NCBI GenBank assembly: GCA_040954595.2
Contig: CM082585.2
Location: 1,068,814-1,132,813, forward strand
Reading direction: 5' to 3'
DNA: 64,000 bases
DNA from: Balanoglossus misakiensis
Lineage: Eukaryota > Animalia > Hemichordata
A program made the translations under genes and the position numbers. Every line of letters begins with the position of its first letter. The stretch's first letter is position 1. Under the pieces are notes generated by a model that saw only the letters and a list, made by a program, of their open reading frames with translations, had not been told where the DNA came from and searched no databases. Positions 26,051 to 39,599 of this stretch are shown here, in pieces.

Positions 26051-26125
26051 ATGCTGCCTGAAATTGTCTGCATTTCAACTCGGGATTCTCTTCCTCGTCT
26101 GGGGCGAGTTTAAGACCGCTCAATG
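26051..26125 (+). other. Putative internal exon A2 (75 nt), paralogue of A1
   Basis: Same TACTAAC, ttcacag and gtaagc signals; 5 substitutions relative to A1. Confidence 0.7.
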
Positions 26126-27299
26126 GTAAGCATGACTTGCTGTATATTTGCTTTTATCGGGCGTGGCACAACCGAAACAATAGGAAACAATGTATGTCTA
26201 CGAACTAATTTACACCTTCCAGTTATCAATACTTTTTTCCTTCGAATTCTAGCCTCGATTGCCTGTGATATGATCGTGATGACATGAATTAAATGGTCAA
26301 GTTCAAATCTTCATGTGAAGCATAAATTAAATTTGGATGCATTTCCTTAACCATATAGCTAGAAATTACTCCCATACCAATACACGGGGAGATACCGTAA
26401 TTTTGGCTGAAAGTGTGCTAGTCCAACACTATGCTTCATCAAACTGGCTAAGAGATCTATTATTATATATAGACACATGAAGGAAAGTAATGTTGTTTAT
26501 AGTGAAATAAAACAATACCTTAGGCCACAAAGAAAAATATAGATCACGACACAAACAGGCTGGAGTTTTTTTCAAAAATGTGTGCATAAGATCATATTGG
26601 CCCATGGTAATCAAAGCCAAAGCAGCCCAGTTCCAAATTCGAAACTCAGCTCAGTACCAGAAACTTGCTCAAAGCTACCAAATGCACAGAAAGTTTTGAG
26701 AATCTAGATGAAAAATCACCAAGCGACTAGTGCGCTTGTCTATGTTCAATGTGTCTTCCCTGGTAACAACATGTACTTCTGCCACCATGCCATGAGATAT
26801 ACTGACAGCCACGTTTGAAACATTTTAGTATACTGATATTCAAAGTTTAAATGTAAAGGCTTACTTTTCTATAGTAAAATAAATGTTTTATAATTGCCAA
26901 CAATTTACATTCTTGCGCTAATCAGTTGTATGAAAAGTGAGGTGGATCAAATGTAAGTTTCATTTTCACAACAAACATTAAGAAATCATTGTACAGTGTT
27001 ACGTAGATGTCAAAGTGTGTGTACACCTGTCGTTTACAGATATGATGTCAGTTTCACTTGTCACCTAACTGCCATGTTTGTGGTATACCCATGTGGACCA
27101 CTTTACTGCAGTACTGATGTAAATGTTTCAAGATCGCTGTTACAGATTTCTCTGATTCGTATTCCACGTACATTATCGCAGCACAGTCTGACCCTATATT
27201 ATACCATGTTTTGCATATTTTCACTAATTAGTATGGCCCAAATAATTCTAAAGCAAGGTTGATTGGTTACTAATTGATAAGCATATATTTGATTCACAG

Positions 27300-27372
27300 T
27301 CTTAAACACAGCATTTCAACGTATGCCGGAGGAGGAAGAGAATACCTAGGCCTGATCCAAGACCGCTTTCCG
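27300..27372 (+). other. Putative internal exon B2 (73 nt), identical to B1
   Basis: Same splice signals. No differences from 20569-20641, while the flanking introns show substitutions and indels. Confidence 0.7.
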
Positions 27373-30300
27373 GTAAGCACAACTTGCTGTATACATGCTC
27401 CATAGCTTGTTTGTAAAGGCTACCTTTTCCCATCAAATAGTGAAGTCGCCCTTTCAAAATTATGGTGGTGGTAAGCCACAACTGGTTATCATGGAGAGCC
27501 CCATATAAACTTACCAGCCCACGCTAGCCATGACTTTACAAATGTTTCCGTCATACTATGCAGAAAATTCTGGCTGCCTTAAATAGGTTTTCACTTTGCG
27601 CTAGGGGGTCAAATCACATTGCATTCTGGGCGAAAAGTCTACAACCCACTGTAGTAAGAGGTGGAAGAAATGATACATTTTGTGTATTTCATGCTTTGGT
27701 CAAACATGTCTGTCTCCGTAGTTAGCATATTAAACTCATTAAATGTTTTTCACATTTTGTTATTTTGTCTGTTATGACCCATTATCACTTTAGCTTTAGC
27801 TTAGGCTCCATTCACAAACACCTCTGGATGGGGGGGGGGGGGGAATTCAATTTTTTACTGCTAATTTTCACATGCCCCCCCCCTGTACACAACCCGAAAT
27901 ATTTTCAAATCCCCCACCCCCTTCTGAACTGCCAAAATTTTAAAATCCCCCCCCCGCCCATTTTCTTTCACAGAGCAAAACACATCACTTATCTATCTTG
28001 TAAAAAAGAAAAACAGCGCTCCCATGAAAAGACTTTGAAACTGATGTTTCCCCTCATCAGTGGGTATTAAAACTGAACATGGTTTTTATTTTTTAAGTAT
28101 TTGTATTCTGTGTTGGGAGACATTGTAAACCGGGAATTGAAGGGGGTGGGTGTGGGAAGGGGTGTCCCCCTCCCACGTAAGAAAATTTTATAAAATACAG
28201 AGCTCAAAGCTGCATTTTTATGAACCCGGCAAAAGCAAATTAACTCAACTACCAGTATGTTGGGGAGGATAAATTTAACCGTCGCCGCTCAAAGTTATCA
28301 TGGGGTGGGGGCAAGTCCCCTGACATGGGACACTAGATAAACCAGTTAATGATTGAAAGGTGTTGATGAAATAGCTACATGCCTATTGTTAACAAGCAGC
28401 TGACTGTACTGAAAGAATGGAAGTGTTGTGTACCTATTTTACATATTCAATATTTGTAATTAGACCATGTCATGTATATCTTGGGGATTGCTCGATCGCA
28501 ATGTCTCTGCTGGTACAATGTCCTTTTAACTTGTACAGTAATATGGTAGTGATTGTAAGTTTGTGTACGGCATTTGTAAGTTATTTTCAATTTATAATTT
28601 TTTTGTAAGTTTCTTCATTCTCAAATTGCTTGCCTAACGTACTGCTTTAAAATTTAAATTTTGGTATGATTTTGAGTAGACTTTTTGTTTCAAAATTATT
28701 TTCGACACTTGACATTTTTGGGTGATATGATTTTACATGGAAAATCTGATTTCCCTGTAATTCGGTTGACAGGATTTTCACAATATCTCTAAATCATGAA
28801 GTACATGTATCAGAATTGCATCAGGCCCCCAAAATTCTAGTCACCCTTGGCAAGTAATATTAGCCATTGTTGTCCAAGGACGTTGAAGGTACAATTGGTT
28901 TTTAAACTTACTATGTAGGCATTTTATCAGAATTATTAGGTCCCATTTGGTGCAGGTATATGTATTTATAGCATGGGACCTTATGGGATCAGTTGCACCT
29001 GTATATATGGATGTCTGTATGGATGTTTGTCTGTATGTCTATCAATATCAAACACTTGGAAACCACTGGCATGTGACCTTGATATTTAGTGTGGAGATGC
29101 AGGCAGGGCATTAAGTGGGAGTTGTCAAAATGAACTTGTCATTGCCAAAATATGCAAATTAGCTGGGAAAGTGTCAAATTCGTCCAAACTCGGGAACTCG
29201 ACAACTACTGAGCAAATTGCTTTCAAAATTGAAAATTGGTATTCCTGTAAGTTATGTTAACCTCACACAGTTCTATATGTTGTGAGCTAATGTGAATTTT
29301 CGATTTTTTATGTATTTTTTGTCTCTTTCCACATTATCGGTAGAAAATCTGCTTTTCTGGAATTGATCAGCTGACTTATTTGAAATTTAGTATGAAGCTT
29401 CATAGGTGATCTGAGTTATCATAGTTTTGTAAGGTCCCATTTGCTTTACCATGGGACCTTATGATATCGGTGGATGTATGTATGTATGTCTGTATGTCCG
29501 TCCACATCACAAACTTGAAAACCGCTGGGCATATGACCTCGATATTTGGTGTGTAGATGCAGGCCAGGCTAAAGATTGGAGTTTGTTCAAATGAAGCTGT
29601 CATTGCCAAAAATATGCAAATTAGCTAGGAAAATGTGAAATTGGTCAAAACTCAAACTCAACAACCACTGGTCACATTCATTTGAAAATCAGTATGCATG
29701 TACCTTATGTCTACCTCAAACAGTCCTGTATGTTTTGAGCTAATATTATCGATTTTTAATTTTTTATGCCAAAAATCTTTTATGCATTTTTTGTATTATT
29801 CCACATTATTGGTAAAGAAATCATCATTTCTTAAAGTTATAGGCCTCATTCTTTGAATTTTAGTATGAAGCTTCTAATGGTTGTCTGAGTAACCAAAGTT
29901 TTGTTCAAATTGTTGAAAAATTTGCATATTTTAATTTTGAGCAATTTTTGCCACTTTTGGTCATTTTTTTTTCTTTAAAACTGCATGCCAGATTGATTTG
30001 GTAGGCATATTCCTAAGGGTAAACTGAGTAAGATGTTGTAAAAATGTTTTAGTATATATTGTGTTATTGGGGAAGGGGGGGGGGGGGGTTACTCAAACAT
30101 TTATAACACCCAGCAACTTTTGGTACTGGCAGGGTTTGTCCTCCAATGATTTCAACATACTGCTAGGAATACAACCTCTCCTCAACTTTATAAATATAGG
30201 GCATGACATTGCAGGTTTTTTGAGAACACTGTTTAAAATAACCCTCATCAAGCCTGTTAACTTATTTAGACAGACTATTATCCAGAATGAAACGAAACAT

Positions 30301-31050
30301 GGATGCAATAAAAAGATCTTGTGCAATAAAAACCAAGTTGATCATAACAATTATTTGCTAAGTACAACATGTACATCACTAATAGAAGTTATGGCTATAA
30401 GCATAAACCTGTTTGTTTTGCTATCTTCACTATTCATATTATCTGACTATATTAATACATTTGCAAGCATACTGTTTCAGACATAGCGAATTTGATAAAC
30501 ATCTACAAATATATTTTTACCTGTTGAAGTTATCAAAATCCAGACACTTGACAAAAGGACATTTTTCATCCCCTCTATAGATTGATAGTCTAACATAGCA
30601 GGCAATCTGTTTTTAACAACTGCAGAAGCCTTCATAAAAAGTTGTTGGCCAGAATGAAAGCTTAGGGGGACGTAGGATTTCCTACTTTTTAGGTTATTTT
30701 TTCTATGGCCCCAAAAAGCTATGACAAAAAATTGATGACCCCCTTGGAATTTATAATTCCCCCCCCCCTATCATACCCTGTCCATATTCTTATAAATGTC
30801 AATAAATGCCATACAGTCCTGTATGTTTTGTTTTGAGCTAATATTATGAATTTTCTATTTTTATTGTTTTGTCTTTTACTGCATTATTGGTAAAGAAAAA
30901 TCTTCCTTTCTGAAAGCCATAGTTTTTGTTCAAATTGCAAATTGTTGTGAAATTGGTATATTTATAATTTTGAGCAATTTTGTAATTTTTGCTCAGAATG
31001 CAGATTCCTAGGGGGGTAACCCAAGTAAGGTGTTGTAAAAGAATTGTTTA

Positions 31051-32300
31051 AAAATAGCGTCAAGGACACTGTGGTCCCATTTGAGGACATAGCACATAGC
31101 AACATAGCAATGGATGGCAAGATATGGGAAAGTAGGTCAAAGGTCACCTGAGGTCATGCAAAATTTGGGCAAGAAATTTTGACCCTATACTGGTCCAAGT
31201 TGAACAAAAACCAAACCTATAGCCCTATTGGTTAGCCTGTAATTAGGTATGCACATAATTAATGAGATATGCAGGTGTCACAGGTGACCCATATTTTGGC
31301 TTTTCAATTTTAGTCCCAACCCTCCAAACGCGAAGTCTGTATCTGCTCTGGATGCCAAGATATGATAAAGTAGGTCAAAGGTCACCTGAGGTCATGCAAA
31401 ATTTGGGCAAGAAATTTTGACCTTATACTGGTCCATGTTCAATAAAAACCAAACCTATAGCCTTATTGGTTAGCCTAGGATTAGGTATGCACATAATTAA
31501 TGAGATATGCAGGTGTCACAGGTGACCCCCAATTTTGGCTTTTCAATTTTAGTGCCAACCCTCCAAACGCCAAGTCTGTACCTGCTCTAGATGCCAAGAT
31601 ATGGTAAAGTAGGTCAAAGGTCACCTAAGGTCATGCAAAATTTGGTCAAGAAATTTTGACCCTATACTGGTCCATGTTCAACAAAAACCAAACCTATAGC
31701 CTTATTGGTTAGCCTGGAATTAGGTATGCACATAATTAATGAGATATGCAGGTGTCACAGGTGACCCCCAATTTTGGCTTCTCAATTTTAGTGCTAATCC
31801 TCCAAACGCCAAGTCTGTACCTGCTCTGGATGCCAAGATATGGAAAAGTAGGTCAAAGGTCACCTGAGGTCATGCAAAATTTGGGCAAGAAATTTTGACC
31901 CTATACTGGTCCATGTTCAACAAAAACCAAACCTATAGCCCTATTGGTTAGCCTGGAATTAGGTATGCACATAATTAATGAGATATGCAGGTGTCACAGG
32001 TGACCCATATTTTGGCTTTTCAATTTTAGTCCCAACCCTCCAAACGCCAAGTCTGTACCTGCTCTGGATGCCCAGATATAGGAAAGTAGGTCAAAGGTCA
32101 CCTGAGGTCACCCAAAATTTGGGCAAGAAATTTTGACCCTATACTGGTCCATGTCCCACAAGAACGAAACCTCTAGCCCTATTAATTAGCCCGGAATTAG
32201 GTATGCACATAATTAATGTGTTAAGCAGGTGTTACAGGTGAGCCCAAAAATTTGCCTTTTATTTTGGCCCCATTGTGCTCACTGGCCAATAGACAGTCAC
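31051..32300 (-). mobile_element. HINE-like element carrying about five 239-bp tandem repeats
   Basis: aagtaggtcaaaggtcacctgaggtcatgcaaaatttgg recurs about every 239 bp (31118-32290). The terminus aaaatagcgtcaaggacactgtggtc is the reverse complement of the element end gaccacagtgtccttgacgctattttt at ~38506-38532. Confidence 0.8.
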
Positions 32301-35159
32301 TGTACAGGACTATTGCACAGACCAGAATTCCACAATAAGACGTGGACATAGCTTAACCATAGAGGTATAAGTAAAGGTATAAATTTAATAAAAAGACTAA
32401 AAAATTCATAAAAAATAAAACATCCATGATATCAACTTAACACTTACAGGTCGGTGTGAGGTTGACATAAGGTACATACATATCAATTTTCAAAGCAATC
32501 TGACCAGTAATTGTTGACTTACAGAGTTTTGATCAATTTCACATTTTACAAGCTAATTTGCATATTTTTGGGCCTGGCAATTTCGTTTGGACAAACTCCC
32601 ATCTACAGCCCAGCCTGCACCTACACACCAAATATTGAGGTGATACGCGCAGCGGTTTTCAAGTTTTTGATGTGGACGGACATACAGACATACATCCATA
32701 CATCCATACATCCATCCATCCATACATACATACAGACGCAACCCATCCCATAAGGTCCCATGGTATATAGGCCTATACCAATGGGACCTAAAAAATAAAA
32801 ATATATTTGTAGATGGTTATCAAATTCGCTGTGTCTGAAAGAGCTTGTCAGATTGCTTTGAACTTTGACAGGAATGTTCCTTGTAGTGATTTAAGTAAGA
32901 TGGTGTACAATTATAGTGATTTTTGCATATTTGTGTTTTTGCCACTTTTGAACAAATGTAGTTTTGTTTAACCCCCATCTTACCCTATCCATATTCAAAT
33001 AAATATGAAAAGAAATTTCTCACAGATATTATTTACTTTGATAATACTACCATTTGTGCAATAACTAATCAATCAAACAGTCAATAATCATAAATTGGGA
33101 GTTCAAAAATATCTATAAGGGAGATTTAAAACCCCGTTAGCAACAACTGTTAGCCATGTTTTCAGTATTAATGTTTTGTGTAGCTTCTGCAGTTTTTAGG
33201 TCCCATATGGTATGTACCATGGGCCTTATGGAATCAGTTGCGTCTGTATTTATGTATGGATGTACTGTATTTTCGCGAGTTAAATTTTTCGCGATATCGA
33301 GAGAGGCCACTGTTTCGCGAGTATTAATTTTCGCGTTCTCTTATTTCATTCACTGCATCGTTATCTTCAAAAACAATTTACGCGACTTTTTATTTTCACG
33401 TTATTTTGGCTCTCGCGTATTTGGCGAAAATTAATTGCTCGCGAAAATAAAGTGTTTTACAGTATGTCTGTCTGTTTGTATGGATGTATGTCTGTATGTC
33501 CGTCCACATCTAAAACTTGAAAACCGTTGTGCATATCACCTCGATATTTGGTGTGCAGATGCAGGCTGGGCTGTAGATTGGAGTTTGTTAACATGAAAAT
33601 GTCATTACCAAATATATGCAAATTAGCTGGAAAATGTGAAATTGGTCAAAACTCGCAAAATTCAACAACTGCTGGTCAGATTGATTTGGAAATTGGTATG
33701 CAAGTACCTTATGCCTACCTCATACAGTCCTGTATGTTTTGAGCTAATTTTGATTTTCTATTTTTGATGCATTTGTTTGTATTTTTCAACATTATTGGTA
33801 AAAAATCTTCATATGAATCTAAAATTACCGTTGAATCATCCAGTGTGAGTTAGCACTGTAATTAGCAAAAGTTATAAATCCACAGTTACCCAGCAAATTT
33901 GATATAATGCTTCACATAGGTATTGGTTTTGAACATCCTTCAGAAAGGGTATGAATATTTTAAAATTTTTACTGTTGCAACCCAGACTAGTTTATTTCTG
34001 AATAAACAGAGAAATGACAACCGGATAGATTATTCTTCTGTACTAAAGACATATGCAGACACAAGAAATAGTCTGAACATTTTCAGTACATTACTAAAAC
34101 AGTGTCGGTACATTGTACTATAAACTGAGGAAGATTAGTGACTATTGTTTGCCAAAAATGGTCCCAAGTCATTTCTCAAGCATAGCAGAATAGTAGCTTT
34201 GAGTAGCAAAGTGTGATGATTTAAAATGTAAAAAGACAACACCAATCTCTAGCTCTGCTCTCAGCACTGCAAAAGTTATCTGACAGGTAGATAGATGTTC
34301 AGTCATCCTATGTCTGTCAACATTTTTCTTTTCTGAAATCACTGGCGCAAGTGCTTTTAAAATTGGTGTGCAGGTTTCTTGGGGTGGCGAAGTAATGTGT
34401 GTTCAAATTGTGTTGAATTCTGCATATTTGTAGTTTGGAACAAGTTTTTTGCTGTTTTTGGAAGAAAAAAGCTAAGCTCGTAGATTACTTTGACTATGCA
34501 GGTTTCTAGGTATGACACAAGTTGTTTCTTCAAAATATGGTGAAATTTGCATATTTGGGGGGAAATTTTCTCTGAAATTTAGTATTGATCTCCCTGAGGT
34601 ATGTGACATAATCTGTGATTTTGTATTTTGGAGACAGTTGCCTTTTTGTACAAACAAAAAATCTTGTCAGAATATGCATGTCTGATTGCCATGTCCACAG
34701 GGGTGATCTACTTTTATTTACATTATAACCGAATCTGTAAAGTTTTCATAATGATCTTTAAAATAGGTACGTCTAATTGTTTTGATCTTTGGTATGAATT
34801 GTCCCTTGGTGATCTTAGTCAATGCTTTTGAAATTCCGCTGAATATTGCATTATTATTTTGTCTAAGTCTGAAGAGTAGTCATCATCTCTGAAACCCCTT
34901 GACCTAAGTCAGGTGTCAAATAGTACAATTTGCAGATTTGTTGCATTGGAGATATTGTTGCAGTTTTTGAAATTCAAGATGGCTGCCAATGTCTGTGTTA
35001 ACTCTATGGAAAAACATTTATGTAAATACTTTTCTGAAAACAAGGCGGTGAACATCACATTTTTGTTTACAAACAGTAATAGAAATAGCTATCATTGTTT
35101 CTGAAAATCCTAACTTGTAGGATTCTTTTTCAATCTCTGGCATCAGCAGAGACAATTAA

Positions 35160-35892
35160 GGTGGCATTGCATGAAAAGTTGTGATTTTTGCCAAATTTTA
35201 CTTTTTTACATAAATCGGTAGGCCTAATACTCGCCCACATCCTGACTAATACGTCTTGGCGGAAATGGTGCACAATCACCCCCAAATAGCACTTTTCTGA
35301 ATGAGTTCACAGCTTAACAAATAGGTGTCAACAATGCAAATGGCCGTTTTTCTCGGTTTGCATTTTCGCTGCTTTTGACAACTTCGGACTAAAATAGCTT
35401 CGCCCTGCATTGGCCGAATTTGCTCAAATTTTGACAGGGAATTGTGTATGACCCATCCAACAAAACGCTAGTTTTGTATGTCGATAAAGTGTCCCTAGCG
35501 GGAATAAACTCTGATTCAATACAACTCACCGTGAATTTGATCAAATTTTCAGAAAATCTAACTTTCAAACGCTGTTACTCCTCAATGGAAGCAGATAACG
35601 CAAAACAAAATTAGCGTTTTTTTGCACGTGTACTTTAGTTTCGAATGACATATTAAGATGCATGATGCATGGTCAACTTTTTTACCTATTTTAAATTTCA
35701 TGACATAATATAAAAAAATGGGTTTTTTCGCCCAAAATCGCCACCATTTCCGGGGATCAATAATATTTGCAACTCAAACAAAAGTTCAAAATCTCAGCTT
35801 CCAGAATATATATGGTTTATGGGGGTTTAAACTTTGTCTTTGATGAGAAATAGGCCTCTGAAAAAGTCTCGACGGTTTCATGCAGTGCCACC
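35160..35892. mobile_element. 733-bp non-autonomous DNA transposon with 17-bp TIRs and TTAA target duplication (Kolobok-like)
   Basis: TTAA|GGTGGCATTGCATGAAA...TTTCATGCAGTGCCACC|TTAA. Confidence 0.9.
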
Positions 35893-37725
35893 TTAAACAA
35901 CTCTATAAAAAGTCTTATTGCTTAGTACTGGCACGAGGTGGTAAAAAGATGTGCAGCTTTTGACTTATTACAGGCTTACACTTTGTTAGTAATATGAGTC
36001 CCTATTGGTATTGTGCTGGGTTTTTAGGAGCTTGGGCCCCATTCCCTGGATATATTTTACACCTTGCTCTGAAAACCTGCCACACCTATGCTTCTTGAAT
36101 TTGTCACAGTTGTCCTTGCCAATGAGTGTGCACCTTGAAATTCAAATCAGTCATTTGACCTGGCAGCCATATTCAGTTGAAATTGTTAAATAAATGCAAA
36201 TTAGCTGGGAAAATTTGAAATTGGTCAAAACCACTGGTCAGATTGATTTGACAATTGGTATGCAAGTACCTTATGTCAACCACATACAGTCCTGTATTTT
36301 GAATAGTTTGAATGTTCTATTTTTATGCATTTTTTGCTTTTTTCCTCATTTTTGGTAAAACATCTACTTTTCTAAAATTGATGAGACGACTTCTTTGAAA
36401 TTTAGTATGAAGCTTCATATAGGTGATATGAGTTAGCATACTTTTGTTAAAATGTTGCAAAATTTGCATATTCATAATTTTGGAGCAATTTCGGCCGTTT
36501 TTGAATTTTTTTTTTAAACCGGTTGTTACATTGCTTTGAAATTTGTTAGTCATATTAGGGGTAGCCCAAGTAAGATTTGCATGTATGTTTTTCAAATCAA
36601 CTTGATGAATTGAATAGTATATTTTTGGGATGATTTTTGCCATTTTCGGTCAAAACTCTTCTCAGAACCCCCCACAGTACGTGAAATATCCCATGAATCA
36701 CTCTGGTTTGTACAACCAGAGATTACTCGGTCAAACCAGGCAAAGTTCACATGTGTAGAGAAAATTGTAGACCACTAATACAAATTTTGAGAGCATGCTT
36801 TAAAGGCGAATCTTATTGTCAATTACCATTTCAAATGATAAACAAAATCATGCATTATTGAAAGAGGAGATACAAATTTTATAAAATAAGCAATTGCATA
36901 GCCAGCCGATACAAAAAAGTTTGAAGTAAAACAGGGACACTTGAAACATTTGTTTAATCAAACAAAACGACATTGATTTTTTTCTATAGACAGAACAATG
37001 GAAATTTACATGTTAACTTTCAACAGAGACTGGCCACCTCAGTTAGTCATTGCTTCTTTCCTCCTAAGTGTGACATTTGACGTACATGAATGAATACTTT
37101 GATTTCTATGGCTTTTAAATCTTGATTTTGAAATTTTCACTCTAATTCCTCAACATACTTTTTCTAGATAAATCTTAATACAGTTATATGTACTTCATAT
37201 CATTGTTAGTATCTAAAACAGAAAGTAATTAAATGGACAATCTCGATGATACAAATCATGGAGAGTTGTGGGTAAAATATCGTACTGTGCCCCCTTTACC
37301 CCCACTGCTTTGAAATTTGATTTGAAGGTTTCAGGGTTTGTTCTCATGATAATTTACAGATTGATTTGACAATTGGTATGCAAGTACCTTATGTCAACCA
37401 CATACAATCCTGTATTTTTTTAACTAATAGTTTGAATGTTCTATTTTATGCATTTTTTGCCTTTTTCCTCATTTGTGGTAAAAAAATTTAGTATGAAGCT
37501 TCATGTAGGTGATATGAGTTACAATACTTTTGTTGAAATGTTGCAAAATTTGCATATTGATAATTTTGGAGCAATTTCAGCCTTGTTTAATTAATTTTTT
37601 TTCTCTAAAACCGCTTGTTCCATTGCTTTAAAATTTGTTAGTCATGTTAGGGGTAGCTCAAGTAAGATTTGCATGTATGTTTTTCAAATCAACTTGATGA
37701 ATTGAATAGTATATTTTTGGGGGAT

Positions 37726-38020
37726 CAAATCAAATCAAATCAAAACAAACATTTATAAAGCGCCAGAATCAATAACAATGTTATTTCCAAAGGCGCTGAA
37801 AGTATAACATCAGTGTTCGTAGGCTTTGACAAATAGAAATGTCTTGAGTTTTTGTTTGAAAATGTTGAGACTAGAAGCCTGTTGAATGTCAGATGGCAGA
37901 GAATTCCAAAGTTGTGGCGCGACAAGGGAAAAGGCACATCCACCATATGTTTTGAGTCTGTACTTTGGTACACACAACTGGTTCCTTGAGCTGGAGCGCA
38001 GAGCCCGACTAGGCTTATAT
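37726..38020 (-). mobile_element. 5'-truncated LINE (L2/CR1 group) 3' end: ORF2 C-terminus, short 3' UTR and (TTTGA)n tail
   Basis: YKPSRALRSSSRNQLCVPKYRLKTYGGCAFSLVAPQLWNSLPSDIQQASSLNIFKQKLKTFLF contains the characteristic AP.LWNSLP...FK..LKT.LF motif. The tail reads (tcaaa)n on the + strand. Confidence 0.9.
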
Positions 38021-38762
38021 GATTTTTGATTTGATTTGGTTTCAGGGTGATTTCTCATGATGATTTACAAAACCTATGACTGATTACTTTGAAATTTGAG
38101 TAGGAAGTTAATTGGATGTGTTTGTTTAGATAATGGAATCAAATAAAGTTATTCATTCTTCACCTTCATTCTTCACCTCATTTCATTTATTGGCTGGTTT
38201 GTCTATTGTATCAGGGAAGAGTACTTGCCATCCCACCCCACCGATGCAAACTTTGAGTGGCAAAAGTAAAATTTGTCATAACATTGAGTTAATTTGCTTT
38301 TGGGCTCACTAAAATGCAACTTTGAGCTCTGTATTTGTACAAAATTTTCATTAATTGGCTGGTTTGTCTATTGTACCAGGCCAGCATACATAAGATCAAG
38401 ATGTTTTCGGGGCTGGGGGGGGCATCATATTTTATTGCCTCTCTATGTGTGAGTCTGTCTGTCTGTACTCCTGTGTAGACTTTTTCTAGTGTAATCACTA
38501 AATGAGACCACAGTGTCCTTGACGCTATTTTTTGCGATTTTCAATGACCCTGGGGTAACCTTTGACCAGCTTTCATATATCTTGGTATTCACAGCAGAAT
38601 ACAGCCTTGGCATACCCTGGTAACCATGGGAACCGTTTGGGCCCAACCAATGGTGCTGGCAGCGTTAATTTTTAAATGATTTCTTCTTGTCGTTTTCTTT
38701 ATCAATATGATGACTTGACCTAATCAGATTATTAAAATAATTTCATTCTTTTTTTACATTAG

Positions 38763-38835
38763 GTTCTTTGGTAACACTGCTGCTGGAGGGAGTGTAATAT
38801 TTGTAACGACGTCGCCACCTAATACTGTACTGGAG
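38763..38835 (+). other. Putative exon C1 (73 nt if the GAG|gtatga donor is used)
   Basis: Acceptor cattctttttttacattag; older paralogue of C2 at 39600. Confidence 0.5.
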
Positions 38836-39510
38836 GTATGAACTTAAACTTGTAACGACGCCGCCACCTAATACTGTACTGGAGAGATGAAGTTAATACT
38901 TGTAACGACGCCGCCACCTAATACTGTACTGGAGAGATGAAGTTAATACTTGTAACGACGCCGCCACCTAATACTGTACTGGAGAGATGAACTTAATACT
39001 TGTAACGACGCCGCCACCTAATACTGTACTGGAGAGATGAAGTTAATACTTGTAACGACGCCGCCACCTAATACTGTACTGGAGAGATGAAGTTAATACT
39101 TGTAACGACGCCGCCACCTAATACTGTACTGGAGAGATGAAGTTAATACTTGTAACGACGCCGCCACCTAATACTGTACTGGAGAGATGAAGTTAATACT
39201 TGTAACGACGCCGCCACCTAATACTGTACTGGAGAGATGAAGTTAATACTTGTAACGACGCCGCCACCTAATACTGTACTGGAGGGATGAACTTAAACTT
39301 GTAACGACGCCGCCACCTAATACTGTACTGGAGAGATGAAGTTAATACTTGTAACGACGCCGCCACCTAATACTGTACTGGAGAGATGAAGTTAATACTT
39401 GTAACGCCGCCGCCACCTAATACTGTACTGGAGAGATGAACTTAATACTTGTAACGACGCCGCCACCTTATACTGTACTGGAGGGATGAACTTAAACCTG
39501 TAACGACGCC
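38800..39510. repeat. 50-bp minisatellite, about 14 copies
   Basis: cttgtaacgacgccgccacctaatactgtactggagagatgaagttaata repeats with period 50 (38851, 38901, 38951...); a few units are 49 bp. Confidence 0.97.
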
Positions 39511-39599
39511 AGATGATGCTCCTGTGACCAGAGGGATGAACGACGCCATGATTTGTTGATCTGATCTAATTAATAATATTCATTCTTTTTTTTCAATAG

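Larger units (their letters stand above)
26005..30060 (+). repeat. Copy 2 of the dispersed duplication, with private insertions at ~26570-27185 and ~27800-28360
   Basis: Aligns by eye with 19522-23200 and lacks the K1 MITE. Confidence 0.88.

Noticed and set aside
25363-30486. ORFs of 143 aa (25363) and 141 aa (30061)
   Set aside because: Non-ATG starts, located in AT-rich repeat-derived sequence, with no recognisable domain or splice structure.
31051-38532. One 7.5-kb transposon bounded by inverted 27-bp ends
   Set aside because: Better explained as the 3' ends of two HINE-type elements in opposite orientation; no target duplication or transposase.
38800-39510. CRISPR-like array
   Set aside because: Units are near-identical along their whole length with no unique spacers. 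There are no cas genes and the context is eukaryotic. The same applies to the 90-bp array.
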